Assembly (NCBI GenBank): GCA_965644295.1 | Contig: CBFFRP010000173.1 | Span: 17,463-81,462 of the forward strand | Reading direction: 5' to 3' | From: Paraphysomonas bandaiensis | Lineage: Eukaryota > Protista > Chrysophyceae | Length of the DNA stretch: 64,000 nt | Shown here: one piece after another, positions 51,501-64,000 of the stretch | Layout: each line of letters opens with the position of its first letter | How positions within the stretch are numbered: the first letter of the stretch is position 1 | Translations under genes and position numbers: made by a program | The notes under the pieces: generated by a model | What the model was told of the DNA's origin: nothing | What the model saw: only the letters and a program-made list of their open reading frames with translations | Databases searched by the model: none

Positions 51501-52248
51501 CGCTCCCGCTCATCTTTTCGGAATGGTGTTTGATCGACCGAGAGAGGATGAGATCTTAACTTTCCATCGTCATTCTGACGAGCAATGATGGCTCTCGAAT
51601 CTCCAACATTGGCAACGTATAACTTGTCACCTTTCACGAATATAGTTACCCCTGTTGTACCACTGAGAGAGTCATCAAAGGCTGCCTTGTGCATAGCTTT
51701 ATTAGCTTTTACAAATGCTGAAGTGTACACGGATTCCATTTTGTCGCCATCGAAGGCTGATACACCTCCATTGTGATTGAGCTCATTCTCTAAATGTTGC
51801 GGAACCTATATTTCAATCGCTGTTACAAAATATGTTGCAACTATTGATGAATACAAACTTGATCTGCGGCAAAGTGAGAGCAAAAGTCGCCAAACTCCCC
51901 GTGACCGTCAAACACACCGAATAAATGACAGTTATCGTCTCCAAATCGCTCGCAAACAGTGTAACTATCTTGATTGGCTTTGCTCAGCGCTATCCAGCAG
52001 TAAGTTACAAAGCACAGTCATAAACATATATGAATATTACCATTCGGATAGTACCCTCTCTGCGACACATACACATAGCTGAGATCATACTCATAAGTGG
52101 AGCCGTCGACTGGAATGGTCCGCTTGCTGCTAATACTATCTAACCTAATGTGAGGACACTTCTCGTTTATATACTGCTTGTAAGAAGTGTTGTGCCTCAG
52201 AGTGCTGCTACCGTCAGATGTTGCTCTAGAAGATGTCCCGCAGCCCAT
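48580..52248 (-). CDS. PP2C phosphatase - tandem cNMP-binding - kinase-like fusion protein (plant PP2C/cNMP/kinase or PKG-like architecture), multi-exon
   Basis: MGCGTS acylation motif; FGVFDGHG, GTT, NVGDSR, DGVFE, DDIT; cNMP pocket FGELSLMYGKPRAASV; kinase-like HRFLNP, DLRYAK, CGDPLYFAPE, DLWSLG; stop at 48580. Confidence 0.9.
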
Positions 52249-52886
52249 ACTAACTGCTGTGTGTATGTATGTGTGCGTGTGTTGCTGTGTTATGTATCGG
52301 ATAGAGGAGTTACAGGGATACAGATACTCCACACATCACCTATCAATGTACTGTTGTTTGTTGTTCTGAGGTGATCTCAGTGTCCTGTGATGTTATAGTA
52401 TGACAGTAGAGAAGCGTGTGTGTATGTTACTCTATCTGTAACAGCAACACACCTCGCTCTATATACGTGCTGTATGCTGCATGACAAGCACCTGTGCATA
52501 CATACACATACATACCTGTGCACACACTCACGATTACATAACAGTCAGTGTCGTATACGGCACTGTATACACACACACATACATAGCAGCAGTGTGCAAC
52601 GGTTAAGAGAACTATCATACAGAACTACACTAAAGTACAGCGACTATACGCTGTATTCTGGTTGCTGGTCCCCACCAATCAATTGTTCCCACACGCCTTC
52701 TTCTACCATATGACGTACAGTACTCTGCTACCGTATACCAGGGTATACTATAGTACTACGACATTATGTCCCGTTTTGAGCCGTCCTTATTTTGAAAATA
52801 AAAATATGCCAAAAATATAGAAAATACCATATTTTCATAAAACTCTCCAGGAATTCGAATTTCTCTGTACAATATACAGCAGTCTA

Positions 52887-52970
52887 TACACAGATCCACA
52901 GGTACACAGATCCACAGGTACACTGATCCACAGGTACACAGATCCACAGGTACACAGATCCACAGGTACA
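52887..52970. repeat. 16-bp tandem repeat x5 in divergent promoter
   Basis: TACACAGATCCACAGG units, one with an A>T change. Confidence 0.92.
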
Positions 52971-53037
52971 GCCAGCAGTCTCTCTCTCTCTAGTAAAGAA
53001 GAGGCAGAGCAGATAATGAGAGAGAATTAACTCCCAA

Positions 53038-54601
53038 ATGAGTAACACTCCCGAGTGGAAGAGTGGAGATATAGTGATCTTCTCGCCGTGCAGTGTGAGT
53101 GGTGTTGCCCTGAGGTTCATAGTGGACGGTACGCAACACACGCATACATACACTCCCGTCACTGCATGTGCGCAGGATACCCCAAATTCACAGTGGCGTA
53201 TCCTGATCAGCCGTACCACCGCTTGCGAGTGAAGCAGAATCTTCATGTGGAGTTTACAGCTCATGCAGGCAGGCCGTCTCTCTTCATACTGGAGCGCATC
53301 ACTGACGAGCGTTACTCTATTCGGAGTGTTCAGTCCACAAACAAGAGTGGTGCCGCCTGCTACTTAGGGGTAGATAGTATAGGCCATATCAGAGTAGGGC
53401 CTTTATCTGATGATTCGCTGTGTACATCGTTTCGTGTTAGGATAGATACCAATGAACCCTCCAAAACACGTCCTGTTTTGAATCGATGGATGGCAGAACG
53501 GTTTATGAGAGAGGGATTCATTCATATTCCCCAGCTGGTACCTCATAATTTGGTATTTGACTGTCAACACCTGTTGATGCATTCTCTGGGAATCCCAGGT
53601 GCCCTTACTGCTGGGGGTGCGCAACGAGGGCTTGGGAAACTAGGCGGGTCCCTCAGTTCTGCACCGGAGGTTCGAGGTCTCTTGACAGGAGATGTCCTGC
53701 AACTGGTAGAGGAGATCATGGGTGGGCCAGGAACTGTGGGAGGGTTAGAGAGTATCACCGCTCAGATAGCCCTCAGGTTTCCAGAAGTGCGACCAAAGGG
53801 ACTGCCTGGGTACAGCTCTGGTATGTATGTCGTGTGGCATGATTACATGCAGATGAGAGCAACTGTGTATAGTGGATTGGCACACAGATGGACTACGACA
53901 AGGCAAGACGCATGGATTTAGGTGTGGGGATTGATGCATTTCATAATTTGTCAAGTTCGCTCCTTTAACAAACATCGTATAGTTTACTCCTTGGAGTGTG
54001 TCTGTCAAATGTATTCGAAGAATTACACGGCAATCTAATGGTCTGGCCGGCGACTCATTGTGCTATTCACAAGTAGATATATACACTTAATTTACTGCTT
54101 GTCCTTAACAACTGTGTAGATCTACCGTTGGTGAATGTGGTGCAATTGATGTTCCAAAGCTAAAACAGTTGCTGGGTATTGAAAGCGAAGAAATTACCTG
54201 TACCTCAAAACCTCATCACGGTAATATACATTTCGCGGACGATAGAAGTTAACGGTTTACAACAGGTATCTGCCATTGTAATGACAGCATCATGGATAAA
54301 CAGCGGCACGACAACGAGCCACAGGACTTACCCTATCTTGGAGAACCATTGCAAATAAGAGCCCTCGCAGGGGTCAGTACAACTATGTATACGGATAATT
54401 GTTAACAACTTCGACATTTTGCTTCAGGATATTGTGCTACTACATCCTGATACAGCGCACACAGGCGGACCTAATTATTCGTGTAATATCCGTAGTATGG
54501 TTTACTTTCGATTGAAGCATAGAAATATTAGAGAGCATGATGCGTCGTACAGTGAAAATATGTGGGAAGACCTACCTGGCATTTTGAACGCCTGTCGGTA
54601 G
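53038..54601 (+). CDS. PhyH-like Fe(II)/2-oxoglutarate dioxygenase with extra N-terminal domain, multi-exon
   Basis: FMREGFIHIPQLVP, QIALRFP, WHTDG (HxD), LLGVCLS, GNLMVWPATH, GDIVLLHPDTAHTGGPN...RSMVYFR. First exon/intron assignment tentative. Confidence 0.8.
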
Positions 54602-55555
54602 TGGATATGACTTATGTACGAATTCATTGTGTTGTAGTGGCTGGCTGTGGAGGTTATTGCAATTAATAGATATTACACGTATGGAATGAATTATTGCTTA
54701 TACTGTCATTTAAGTTAAACTGACATGCGCTCGCACAGGCTGTGTGAAGTGTTTATTTTACAAGTCATTCTATTTTATTTAATTTTATAGTCATCACCAT
54801 CACTCGACGAGAACAAGTAAATCAATAACTGTTATCATAGAGTGAGTTATATCGACAGTCAACAGCTCCATTGACCCTCTTCCCCATAACACTCACAAGG
54901 GACCCATCGCTATAAAATTATAGATAGGTTAGAAGGTTAGATAGACATACAAATACAGGACCTTCCTACAGAACCCGGTACCACCACAAAGCCCTCCTGT
55001 GGAGTCTCATCCCAAGGGGAGACCCCCTGATAACACACGCCAGTGAGTCCTGGAACACACGATCATGGCGAAACTCATAATCAACATTAAGAACGGAAGT
55101 GGTCGCACCTTGGTACTTGCGGAGACGCACAAGCAGCTTCTGTAGCGCTATATAGTAGGATAATAGAGTTTGTCGGTTGTCCTGATTAGTTATGGATAGA
55201 GGTCTAAATAGTCTGTCTATCATTCAACTAGCCATTACATTGGTGCAGATTTTTAACGCCTACTGCTAAACAATAAGGCTTTCAATATGACATACAAATA
55301 CACGAAGTTAAGTAGATATGTATAAATGAATTAATTGATATGTTTGAATGTTTGTTTTGTGATGCTCTGTTTCTCATTAATATAATGTGTGGTGTGAGCT
55401 AGTATCTTAGACAGTCACAGTGTGTAATCAATGGATATAAAAATGACTAGGTTTTTCAACCAAATTGACTAGGTTGAATAATATTTCCCCTTTTAAAGAT
55501 TGCAGACGACATACAAAAGTAATACAAAGCATACGAGCTTCACAAACATATATAC

Positions 55556-55622
55556 CCTATCATATATACCATATCATATATACCATATCATATATAACAT
55601 ATCATATATACCATATCATATA
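55556..55622. repeat. 14-bp tandem repeat (~5 units)
   Basis: CATATCATATATAC repeated. Confidence 0.85.
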
Positions 55623-56569
55623 AAGTAAGGGTGAGTAAGTAGTGCTAATATCCGACCCCCAGACATCAATTTTCTCTGACTTTTATTATGATAGTAAATG
55701 TCTGTCAGTGCCAGATTAGTAGCTAGATGACAAACAAGTCAAGCTAGATAAGCATATACCACTGACCATTTACAACAAGTGCAAACTCTGATATCCTACT
55801 ATTTAGTGCTACGAGACCATTGTCGCTATATTAATAGATGTGTATGTAGGGGACATTGTACAACGTGCATCATCATAAGTGCAAGCAGTGATCTAAGTCT
55901 ACTATTACCACACTAGAACGCTTAAGACTACACATACATTTTGTGCAATTTGCATCGGGGACTGCCATAAGTGCCTTGCCGCAGTCACCAGAGGAAGCAG
56001 CAATATATCCTTCTGAGTTTTTGGCAATCTGGACTTTTATGATGACAACTCAGCATGTACAAGAAGTAAGTGTGAACATACAGAGAATACAGACTATTCA
56101 TTAAATATTATTTTGAATGTTATTCAACACCTATTGCAAGTTGCCGATAGTAGTGAATGTCTTTATTAGCAATAGGCGTTTATGAGTCAGGACTAATTTA
56201 GCATTAGTAAGGTTGGTGACGCAAGATGAGGATACAAACGAAGATGAAAGTGGATTAGAGTTTTCTAATTAAAGTCGATTTCATATATTCTCAGTAGAGC
56301 GTATAGTATTGCGTAGCTTATAATCTTTGATTCAAATCACAATTTCATGTACAAGTAGTAACTATTGAATCCACAAGAGTACGATACAGTGACTGAAATT
56401 TGAATACGGAAATGACACTGATTATTTATGATACATAACTGCTGTATTCTGAAAGCGGTATATATATTTCCGTATGTCATGGTCATAGAAACAGCCATCG
56501 TCACGAACATTTAACTGGACTTCCCCTTATACTTCAACGTGTATACGCACCACACGAGTGTTCTAATAT

Positions 56570-58962
56570 TCAACGGCGATTCCGTCTAGACACGTTCCAC
56601 CGCGACCTCACTATCCTTCCCCTGCTGCTGATTCCCTGCAATGTGAGAGTGCCGTCACTTCCCCCGTCATCTTCATCATCCTGTTCTCCAGTTGTGAAAT
56701 CATCCTCTTCAGGGTCTGCTGTGATCAATTTTTCAGCGAGGCTGTGCACTGCAGTTCCCTCCTGAGGGGCATTGCAGCTAGATTTGGCTTCGTCCCATGA
56801 ATTCATCCAACAAAACCATTCCTACGTAAAATTAAAAAGTCATGTTAGAGGTCATCGCATCATTTATGTAAACTTTCACCGGGTATTTCCGACGTAGAGC
56901 TTTACCGTCGATAGAACGTGCACATGCTCGCCACTTGCCACAGCTCGGGTTAGAGCACCGAATCCAGTCAACCTCACCGAATGTCCTGTACGATATTAGT
57001 GGTTCACAATTCTCTGAAGTGAAATTCCTACCTAGATTCATTAACGGTTGACTTAGGTACCTTCGACTCATATCTATCAGCAGAGCGCAGACGTTTCACC
57101 CATACCCTAACACATATCCCTCTCATTACAACATCATACGTAAGAGCATTCCAAACTATATACCTCAGTTTCATTGCCCGCTGCACACTGATCTCTGACG
57201 CAGTCGAAGTTTCTTCCGGAACACTACACGAGGCCTGTGCAGTGTTCCACCGGTTCATTGTGCACACCCAGCGCTCTGGGAGTACTTTCGGGTAAAGCGG
57301 GTTGCTGGGAGGTGGGAGTAAGCGCCATCTCGAGCAGGAGTCACACTGCACCCATTCTTCCGCACTCGTCTCTTTCTCTTTTTTGGCCTTCCCTGAACCA
57401 CGCCGAGTGCCTCCCCGAGATCCCGTATTCATAACGCTGGCAGGACCAGGGAGAAGGATATCGATACTGGAGGCCTGTTTTGTACCATTGGCCTCTGAGG
57501 TTCCGTTCAATCGCCCATCAGCACTTTTGTTAGTTTCGACTTCTGCCGCAAGCTTCCCAGCGAGATTTTTGTAGTCACTGTCAGTTAGATTGAATTCATA
57601 GCGTTCCCAAGAAAGTGGAGTGGTGGAGAGAGCAGACACCGCTGCATCCAGAGTAGCGGGATACTTCTCCACTGTAATAACTTTGTTTTTCTTATTTTCC
57701 ATCCCACCGCCTTCTTTCTGCTGTCCTACCTTCTTCTGTCTCTTGGGCCCTTCCTTCTTGACTGAAGAATTTGCAGTAGAATCCATGTCAGTTGAATTCT
57801 TTTTATGGGTTGCTGCACTCGAAGCAGGATCTGTTCGAGGCAAGACAGAATCACTTTTACGCTTCTTGGTAGACGCCAAGAGCATCGTTTGCTCCGGTGG
57901 AGGTAACATGGAGCGCGGATCCATGCCAGAAGATGGAATGGTAGGGGGTCTTTGTAGCGCTCCATTACCACCTCTTTCTGGAGGAAATGGGTGGACATTA
58001 GGGTGAGGATGGTTATTCCACGCATGCGAGGGAGGAGGCCTCGGGGAGACACCAGGCGCAACCTGAGAATGGGGAGATTGCCGAGTTGAAACACCGCCTT
58101 CGTTGATCCTGGTACTCACAAAATCATTCCATGTTGAGGTCTTGAGACTGAAATGGACGGAATATATTAGTATTAAGCACATATGCACAAAACAGACCAT
58201 ACTTCGCAAGGGCTTCTTCTCTCTCGCGCGAACCGCCCTGCCATATCAAATACTGGTTGTTATACACCGCCACAGTTTGAGCGTAAGGTTGTGGACTCCC
58301 AATTAATACATCGTACTGGGCAGATTCTGCACCAGTACCGCCGTTTGCGGGACTAGAAACTTTCACCACGTGCAAATGTACCAGCTCAATCTTTGTATTG
58401 GGTGCAAAGTTCGCAGCACTTAGTCCAAGAGAAGCAGCGATGGCAGAGGTAAGAGGAACTGGACCCATGGGCATTTGCAGGCCAATACGCGCCGAATGAG
58501 GGTGCTGCATCGGGAGGATAGGACGGTGGCCGGCTTGATGCGGATAGGTGTACTCCGGACGCGGATATGGTACCGGGAGAATCTATGGATGTACTATTAT
58601 ATAGGAAATCTCGAACAAGGCATATTTTACCGGTACTTGCTTATTAACGTGGTTAGCAACGGCAGCAGACGTGACCGGTCCCGGGCCATTACCTCCACGC
58701 CCATTGGACTTGATGGGTGTTGTACCCTTCACAATTCCCGCGCCGTTAGCATTCTTATGGGCGCCATTCTCCGGAAGATCAGACGCCGGAATATTATTGG
58801 TTGGTTTATCTTGCGCCTGAGCGCTCTTGATAGAATCATTAGCAGACCCTATGGGCACGCCCTGCGCAATCACATATACATATCACAACAGCGCAGACCG
58901 CTCAAGACATAGTCGCTCACCATCTGTTCTTTGCTCTGAGCGAGAGGGTCAGTGGGCTCCAT
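56570..58962 (-). CDS. Nuclear protein with two CW-type zinc fingers
   Basis: WVQCDSCSRWRLL...WVCTMNRWN...C and WIRCSNPSCGKWR...WFCWMNSWD...SC; NLS-like basic clusters; first exon from ATG 58962. Confidence 0.82.
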
Positions 58963-59930
58963 TGACTGCACTGCACTAAACGATTAGATTGACTGGGAGC
59001 TGTATGTAGAGGGTGCTTGTAAGAGCTACGGCGGACTGTAGTGTACTACTGGGCTGGATTCTGTTCTATACTAAACGACTATGAACACATCCACTGCGGA
59101 TAGACGTGTCTGTGTCTGTATCTTATCAATGAGAGCCTCCGGACTAACCAGATAGGAGAGAGAATACTCAGATGAGATGGATGTACTGCTGGTAATCTTC
59201 TGTCGCTTGACTCTTCTGTTATGTTGTAGTGGAGGTGATAGATGGGCGTGTCTGTGTCTGTATGTGTGTGTATGTATGTATTGTATCGTTGGTCGAGATT
59301 TTTCGCTGAGTAATTTCATCTCCACAGATCCTCTGCACTACAGCCTATACGGTCTGGTCTATACGGTACAGATACGGACGTTATGGGATGTTGGGTTATG
59401 GTGTTATGGTACACAGTTTGAATACCCGTATAGGGTGTAGGGGACTGCTGTATGCATGACATACAGTTATCTATAGTGACATATACATGTCCCAAATATA
59501 CGTATGTGATGCTGTTCCTGTGTTCAACTGTTCGAACAGAACGAGCTGTAGTACAGTCGTGCTGCTGTTCTACGGTGCAATGGGGCAAAGGGCGAAGGGC
59601 ATTGGTCATGTGCAAGAATACAGTGGAATACATAGGAATCTAGAAATCATGGAGCTGTTATCTTATCCATACTCTACCATATACTGCTGCAGGCTGCTGT
59701 AGGTGTATATCGTACGTGTATAGGATACACTGCTGTACTGTACCGTGTAGCAGCGGAGTGCATAGAGCACGTCTGTCTATAACAGAGTGTGTATGTATGT
59801 ACAGAGTATACATATGCACCTCTTGTATCATCAATCTCACATATATATGCACACTAGTCTACATGTTCCTCACACACCTCTTCATATATTACCCAGCTGT
59901 TTCACACAACATGACCCGCACATAACATCA

Positions 59931-62900
59931 ATGTCGGTGACATCTGGAAGCAGCTCAAGAGCTCGCTCTGTTCGCCACAGAGAGAAGAAGGACAGAGAAA
60001 GAGAGAGAGACTTTAATGCGCTGGATACCCTCAGACAAGAGATGGCACTGGGCCAGGACGGTCTACAGGCCAGTGATAGTGTTGTGCAGAAGAAAGAGGT
60101 CGTCAGGATAGGCGGTACGGAGGTGACGGTACGAAGACTATTCGTGCTGTTCGGGTCATACAGAGTGGGATGGGTGAGGACCCTCTGCTGCTATATGATG
60201 TTACATGTATACGATGGTGTTGTATGTATCATATGGTGCTATCTGTATGCCGTGGTGTTGTATGTATGTTGTGGTATTATATGCATTTTCTGTTCATAAC
60301 TTCCCTTGTGTTTAGTGGTTGTTGTGTTAAAGTGATTTGCAATTTATCTTACGGGTGAATAAACTAACATTGAAGGTGTAGGTCATGGACTCAGACGTCT
60401 TGAATTGCATGGAATGTGATATAGAGTTTACCTTTTTCAGGAGGAAGCACCACTGTCGAGCCTGTGGTCGTGTTGTATGCAGCGGCTGCTCCCCGTATCA
60501 AGCCAATATTCCTACCCTTTACGAGCCAGGCGGGTCCAGAGTGTGTGTGAATTGCTTTGGACTGAAGGTAAATGTTGACATGTCGAAGAGTGTTTCATCC
60601 CATGCGAGCTACGACGGTGAAAGTGTGGATAACGCTTCAGTTGCAGACAGCTCGAGTAGTATCTCTGGAGGTCTGTCAATGAACTCTATTATTGTTTGTG
60701 CTTTTATGTACTGTTCAGGAACATCAAGGGAACGCTCGCGTAGGAGACAAAACCTAAAGCAACCTCAAGAAAGGGCGCCAATGTCTCCCGAATATTTCCG
60801 CGCATACAGGTTAGTGTTACGATATATCGCCTGTTGTACAATCACCTGACCATTGCTATTAGAACAATGCGGTGCATAGTGCCCCCCGACATCGCTGAGA
60901 CCAACCTACAGGCGATGATTGACGCTGGACTTCCTCGGTCAGTGGCGGAGAGAGTATGGCAGTGTCGCTGCCTTTGGCTTCTTTCCATGCACCCGGAAGA
61001 CATAAAGAAGGTCCATTTAGCCGACTTGCGTAGTAAATATGCACCGATTGGTCTTGATCTCACTGAACTGAGAGCAGTTTGGCACGTACTACCGGACTGG
61101 CAGGACAATGAGAGAGATATCGATAAGGCTCAATGGAAAAGAAACTTCAAAATTCAGATGGACGATCTAGCAAAGCGTGACGCACGAGGAGAGGCTGGAA
61201 ATCTGCATAGGCATCCAGCCTATGATGGCCACGAGCCAATCAGGGTATTTAGCAGCTTTGCTCCAATAAAGCGCCGATACTCCACTATAGATGATAGTCA
61301 CCAGACAGCTGATGTTCCATGCAGTGGGAACTCACAGCTTTGTGCCACCCTACCTTCCATAGCGGATGCAAGCGCAGTGTTCTCCGCTCACTCAACTGTT
61401 CCAGCACCACCGGCCTCTTCTTCATACTACACTCCTTCTAAGCATGAAAAGTCAGTTAAGGGTTCCCCAGGATCGCTTGAGCGGGAGAAGGAGAGACGGC
61501 ATAGCTTCAGTGACGCAGAATCCTCTCCCAGCAAGTCTTCATCTCCATACAGTTACGGACCAGGTCCTGGGGAGGTATCACCGGAGGTGCCTTTGTTCCT
61601 CTACCGGCGTACAGCTGGCGATCTAGCATCCACTGAGCAGCGTGGTCGCTCCTTCTCTTTTCCTCCGCCCATGGAGAAGAGCGACGATTCTTGGATAGGA
61701 CGATTGAAATCATTTTTCACAGGCCCGATGACCCCCAACAAAGCCCCAGAAAGTCCAATGTCACATACGCGGCGCTCCCCTGTTTTTCCATCTGGCGGTC
61801 CCACAGCCGAAAGGCCCCAGAATAAATCAAGACCAGTAACCTCAGAGAGGAGCATTGGAAGCTCGAAAAGCTCTTATCGTCAACGCAGAGAGGAAGAGAA
61901 GCGCCGGCGGAGGACTGCCATGGAGGCCATAATAACTGCAGACAGTAGTGGTGCGAGCAGTCCTGCCCCGTCTCCAGATGACAGAGAGTCACCAGCAGTC
62001 ACCCCAAGTAAGTATTGGACTCTTGAGCAGCTGGAGGCGACGGTGATACATACACAGCCATTACGGGAGGTAAAGGGGGAAGCAGAGGAAGAGGACATAG
62101 ATAGAGAAGTTGATGGATGGGTTCACACCGCATCTCCGGTGAGGCTTCATAAGGATGACAGTACAAGCAGCATCGCCACTTCGACACGTGATAGTCCGCA
62201 TACTCCACTTGCAACCCGGGTTCCATTTGCCACTCTTGATGGCTCCCCTCCTGTGTCTCCGCCGCGGTCCTCTTCACGTTCCCCTGCTAGGTCCTCGCCG
62301 CCTGCTCCATCAATTAGTAAATCGCATCAAAAACCCAGCCCTCTAACTGCATCTCGCATAAGGGACATGATGGCAGCCCTTCCTTCCAATGAAGTGGCGT
62401 CCCAAATAGTATCTAGTAACCTTGACACAACTCCAGAGGAAGCTACGAACCTTCTCAGGTATCTGGTGGTTAACTACTGCGATATAGACAACGGCAGTAT
62501 GTCACCCGAAAGAAAGGATCGTGAAGAGCAAGCCATGCTCACCATTGCTTCTCTCCTCGTGAGAAGAGGTCACGCCAACGTGAATGCATTGGACAGAGAG
62601 GGTCACTGCTTGCTTACGTTCATATTCAACAGCAGCAGCAGTTATAGTCCTGGTCTTCGTAAGCTAGTATCATGTCTGGTATTTCATGGTATCAATATTT
62701 TCGATGTGTCTGGTGATGGAAATGGCGAAGAATTTATCCTTGGTCTTCATGATGCCTTTCTTCAACTTTCTGCAGAAGACAAAGAGAGACTATCAGTTGA
62801 CTTCGGAAAGGGCTGTGCAGATATCAATAGTTATATTATGAAGAATTCAAGCAGTGAACCCAACGAAGCGTTGTGCGATGCACAGTACCTCAACTATTTC

Positions 62901-63074
62901 GCTGTTCTAATAGGAATAGGGAGGCCTGTCCTCGCAGCATATCTCTTAGAAATTCAAAAGGTATTTATATCTCCCCTACAAGCGTCTGCTTTGATGAAAG
63001 GTTGTAAGTTTGATACAATGGAGAACCCTGTCGAAACTTTTGAATTATTGGATAAATATGGTGGACAAATGTAG
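59931..63074 (+). CDS. FYVE-domain protein with unassigned globular domain, S/P-rich linker and C-terminal ankyrin-like repeat
   Basis: W|VMD (WxxD across intron 60173-60381), CMEC, RRKHHCRACG, CSGC, RVCVNC; ANVNALDREGHCLL. Confidence 0.85.
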
Positions 63075-64000
63075 CGTATATAGTATTGTATTTCATCGCA
63101 AGGATTACTGATATGTCTGAGGTTTAGCTGTCTGTATAAATCGCTCTAATTGATTTTGAGGTTTTAGTCTGTTTTAGCCGATGAATTTAGCTTGCGAATT
63201 ATCATTATTGCAATAATGGGTTGCTATTCGTTTAGTGGCTGTAAAATCGAACGAAATAATAGAACACACTATATGTTTAAACTTATTAAAACGAATGAAC
63301 GTTATCTCCACTACTCCGTATTAGATAATGATATAACTGAATTATACTTTCACTCTATATGATATTATAAGTTAGAATCATTCATAGTTATGTGGGCCCG
63401 TATTCCAGATCTAGCAGTTGCAGTCTATACTTCCATATGAATACATATATGTATTACCCGTACTACCCTATAGGGGGCAAGTGCGTGTGAAAGAATTGAT
63501 CTTAGTAAAAGTAAAACAATGTTGTGATTATTAGAGTGTAGAGTAATGAACACAGCGAAGTGAGAATTATGAATAACAATATAAAACACAACGGAATAGT
63601 TGTTAGAAGTGTAACTGATAATGACGACATTATGATGACGATCATGTATCTTCAACTATTGAAAATTGCTCATTTTAAGCTAGATCACAGAGAGAATTTG
63701 TCGTAAGACTAGATAGATTTATTAATATCGTTTACACGAAGTTGTGATAACCAACACCAACTCATTATAATCCATGCATAATATCCTACATATGCGAACC
63801 TCTCGTTACTGAACATATCTTGAAAAATCAAACTATTTCAGTTTCTCAATATCATCTCAGCAATTGAATATCACTATATTTCACTGTAATCTCGTACATT
63901 GTCTTCAAGTGACATACTGAATATACTAGAATAAAATCCATATTCTAATACTCCCACTCAATGTAGAATGCAGTGAGATAAAACAACAGTGATCACAATA

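Noticed and set aside
54960-55140. PKGRPP peptide suggesting a MULE transposase tail
   Set aside because: Too short, with no TIRs or other motifs.
1-64000. Alternative genetic code or stop-codon readthrough to explain fragmented ORFs
   Set aside because: Every break examined in conserved genes is resolved by a short GT-AG intron (one GC-AG).

Overview
Eukaryotic nuclear DNA. The 5S rRNA sequence, SSNA1, gene families and short introns (mostly 45-75 nt) suggest a flagellated stramenopile, possibly a chrysophyte (inference). About 17 protein genes: tandem polysaccharide deacetylase fusion (runs off the left edge), IVD, serine carboxypeptidase S10, hybrid histidine kinase, DUF4139 protein, SSNA1, an intronless 2070-aa four-propeller FG-GAP membrane protein, V-ATPase B, a sulfotransferase, a GT34-like glycosyltransferase, a discoidin/IPT/FN3/L-lectin protein, a DOT1-like methyltransferase, a PP2C-cNMP-pseudokinase, a PhyH-like dioxygenase, a CW zinc-finger protein, a FYVE protein and two small hypotheticals. 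Two identical 5S rRNA genes form a tail-to-tail inverted pair. Most genes sit in head-to-head pairs around TACA/TGTA-rich spacers, one of which is mostly a ~530-bp (TATG)n tract. Gaps between pairs hold hAT remnants, MITEs and an AT-rich virus-like relic. Exon boundaries and domain calls were made by eye, with no database searches.
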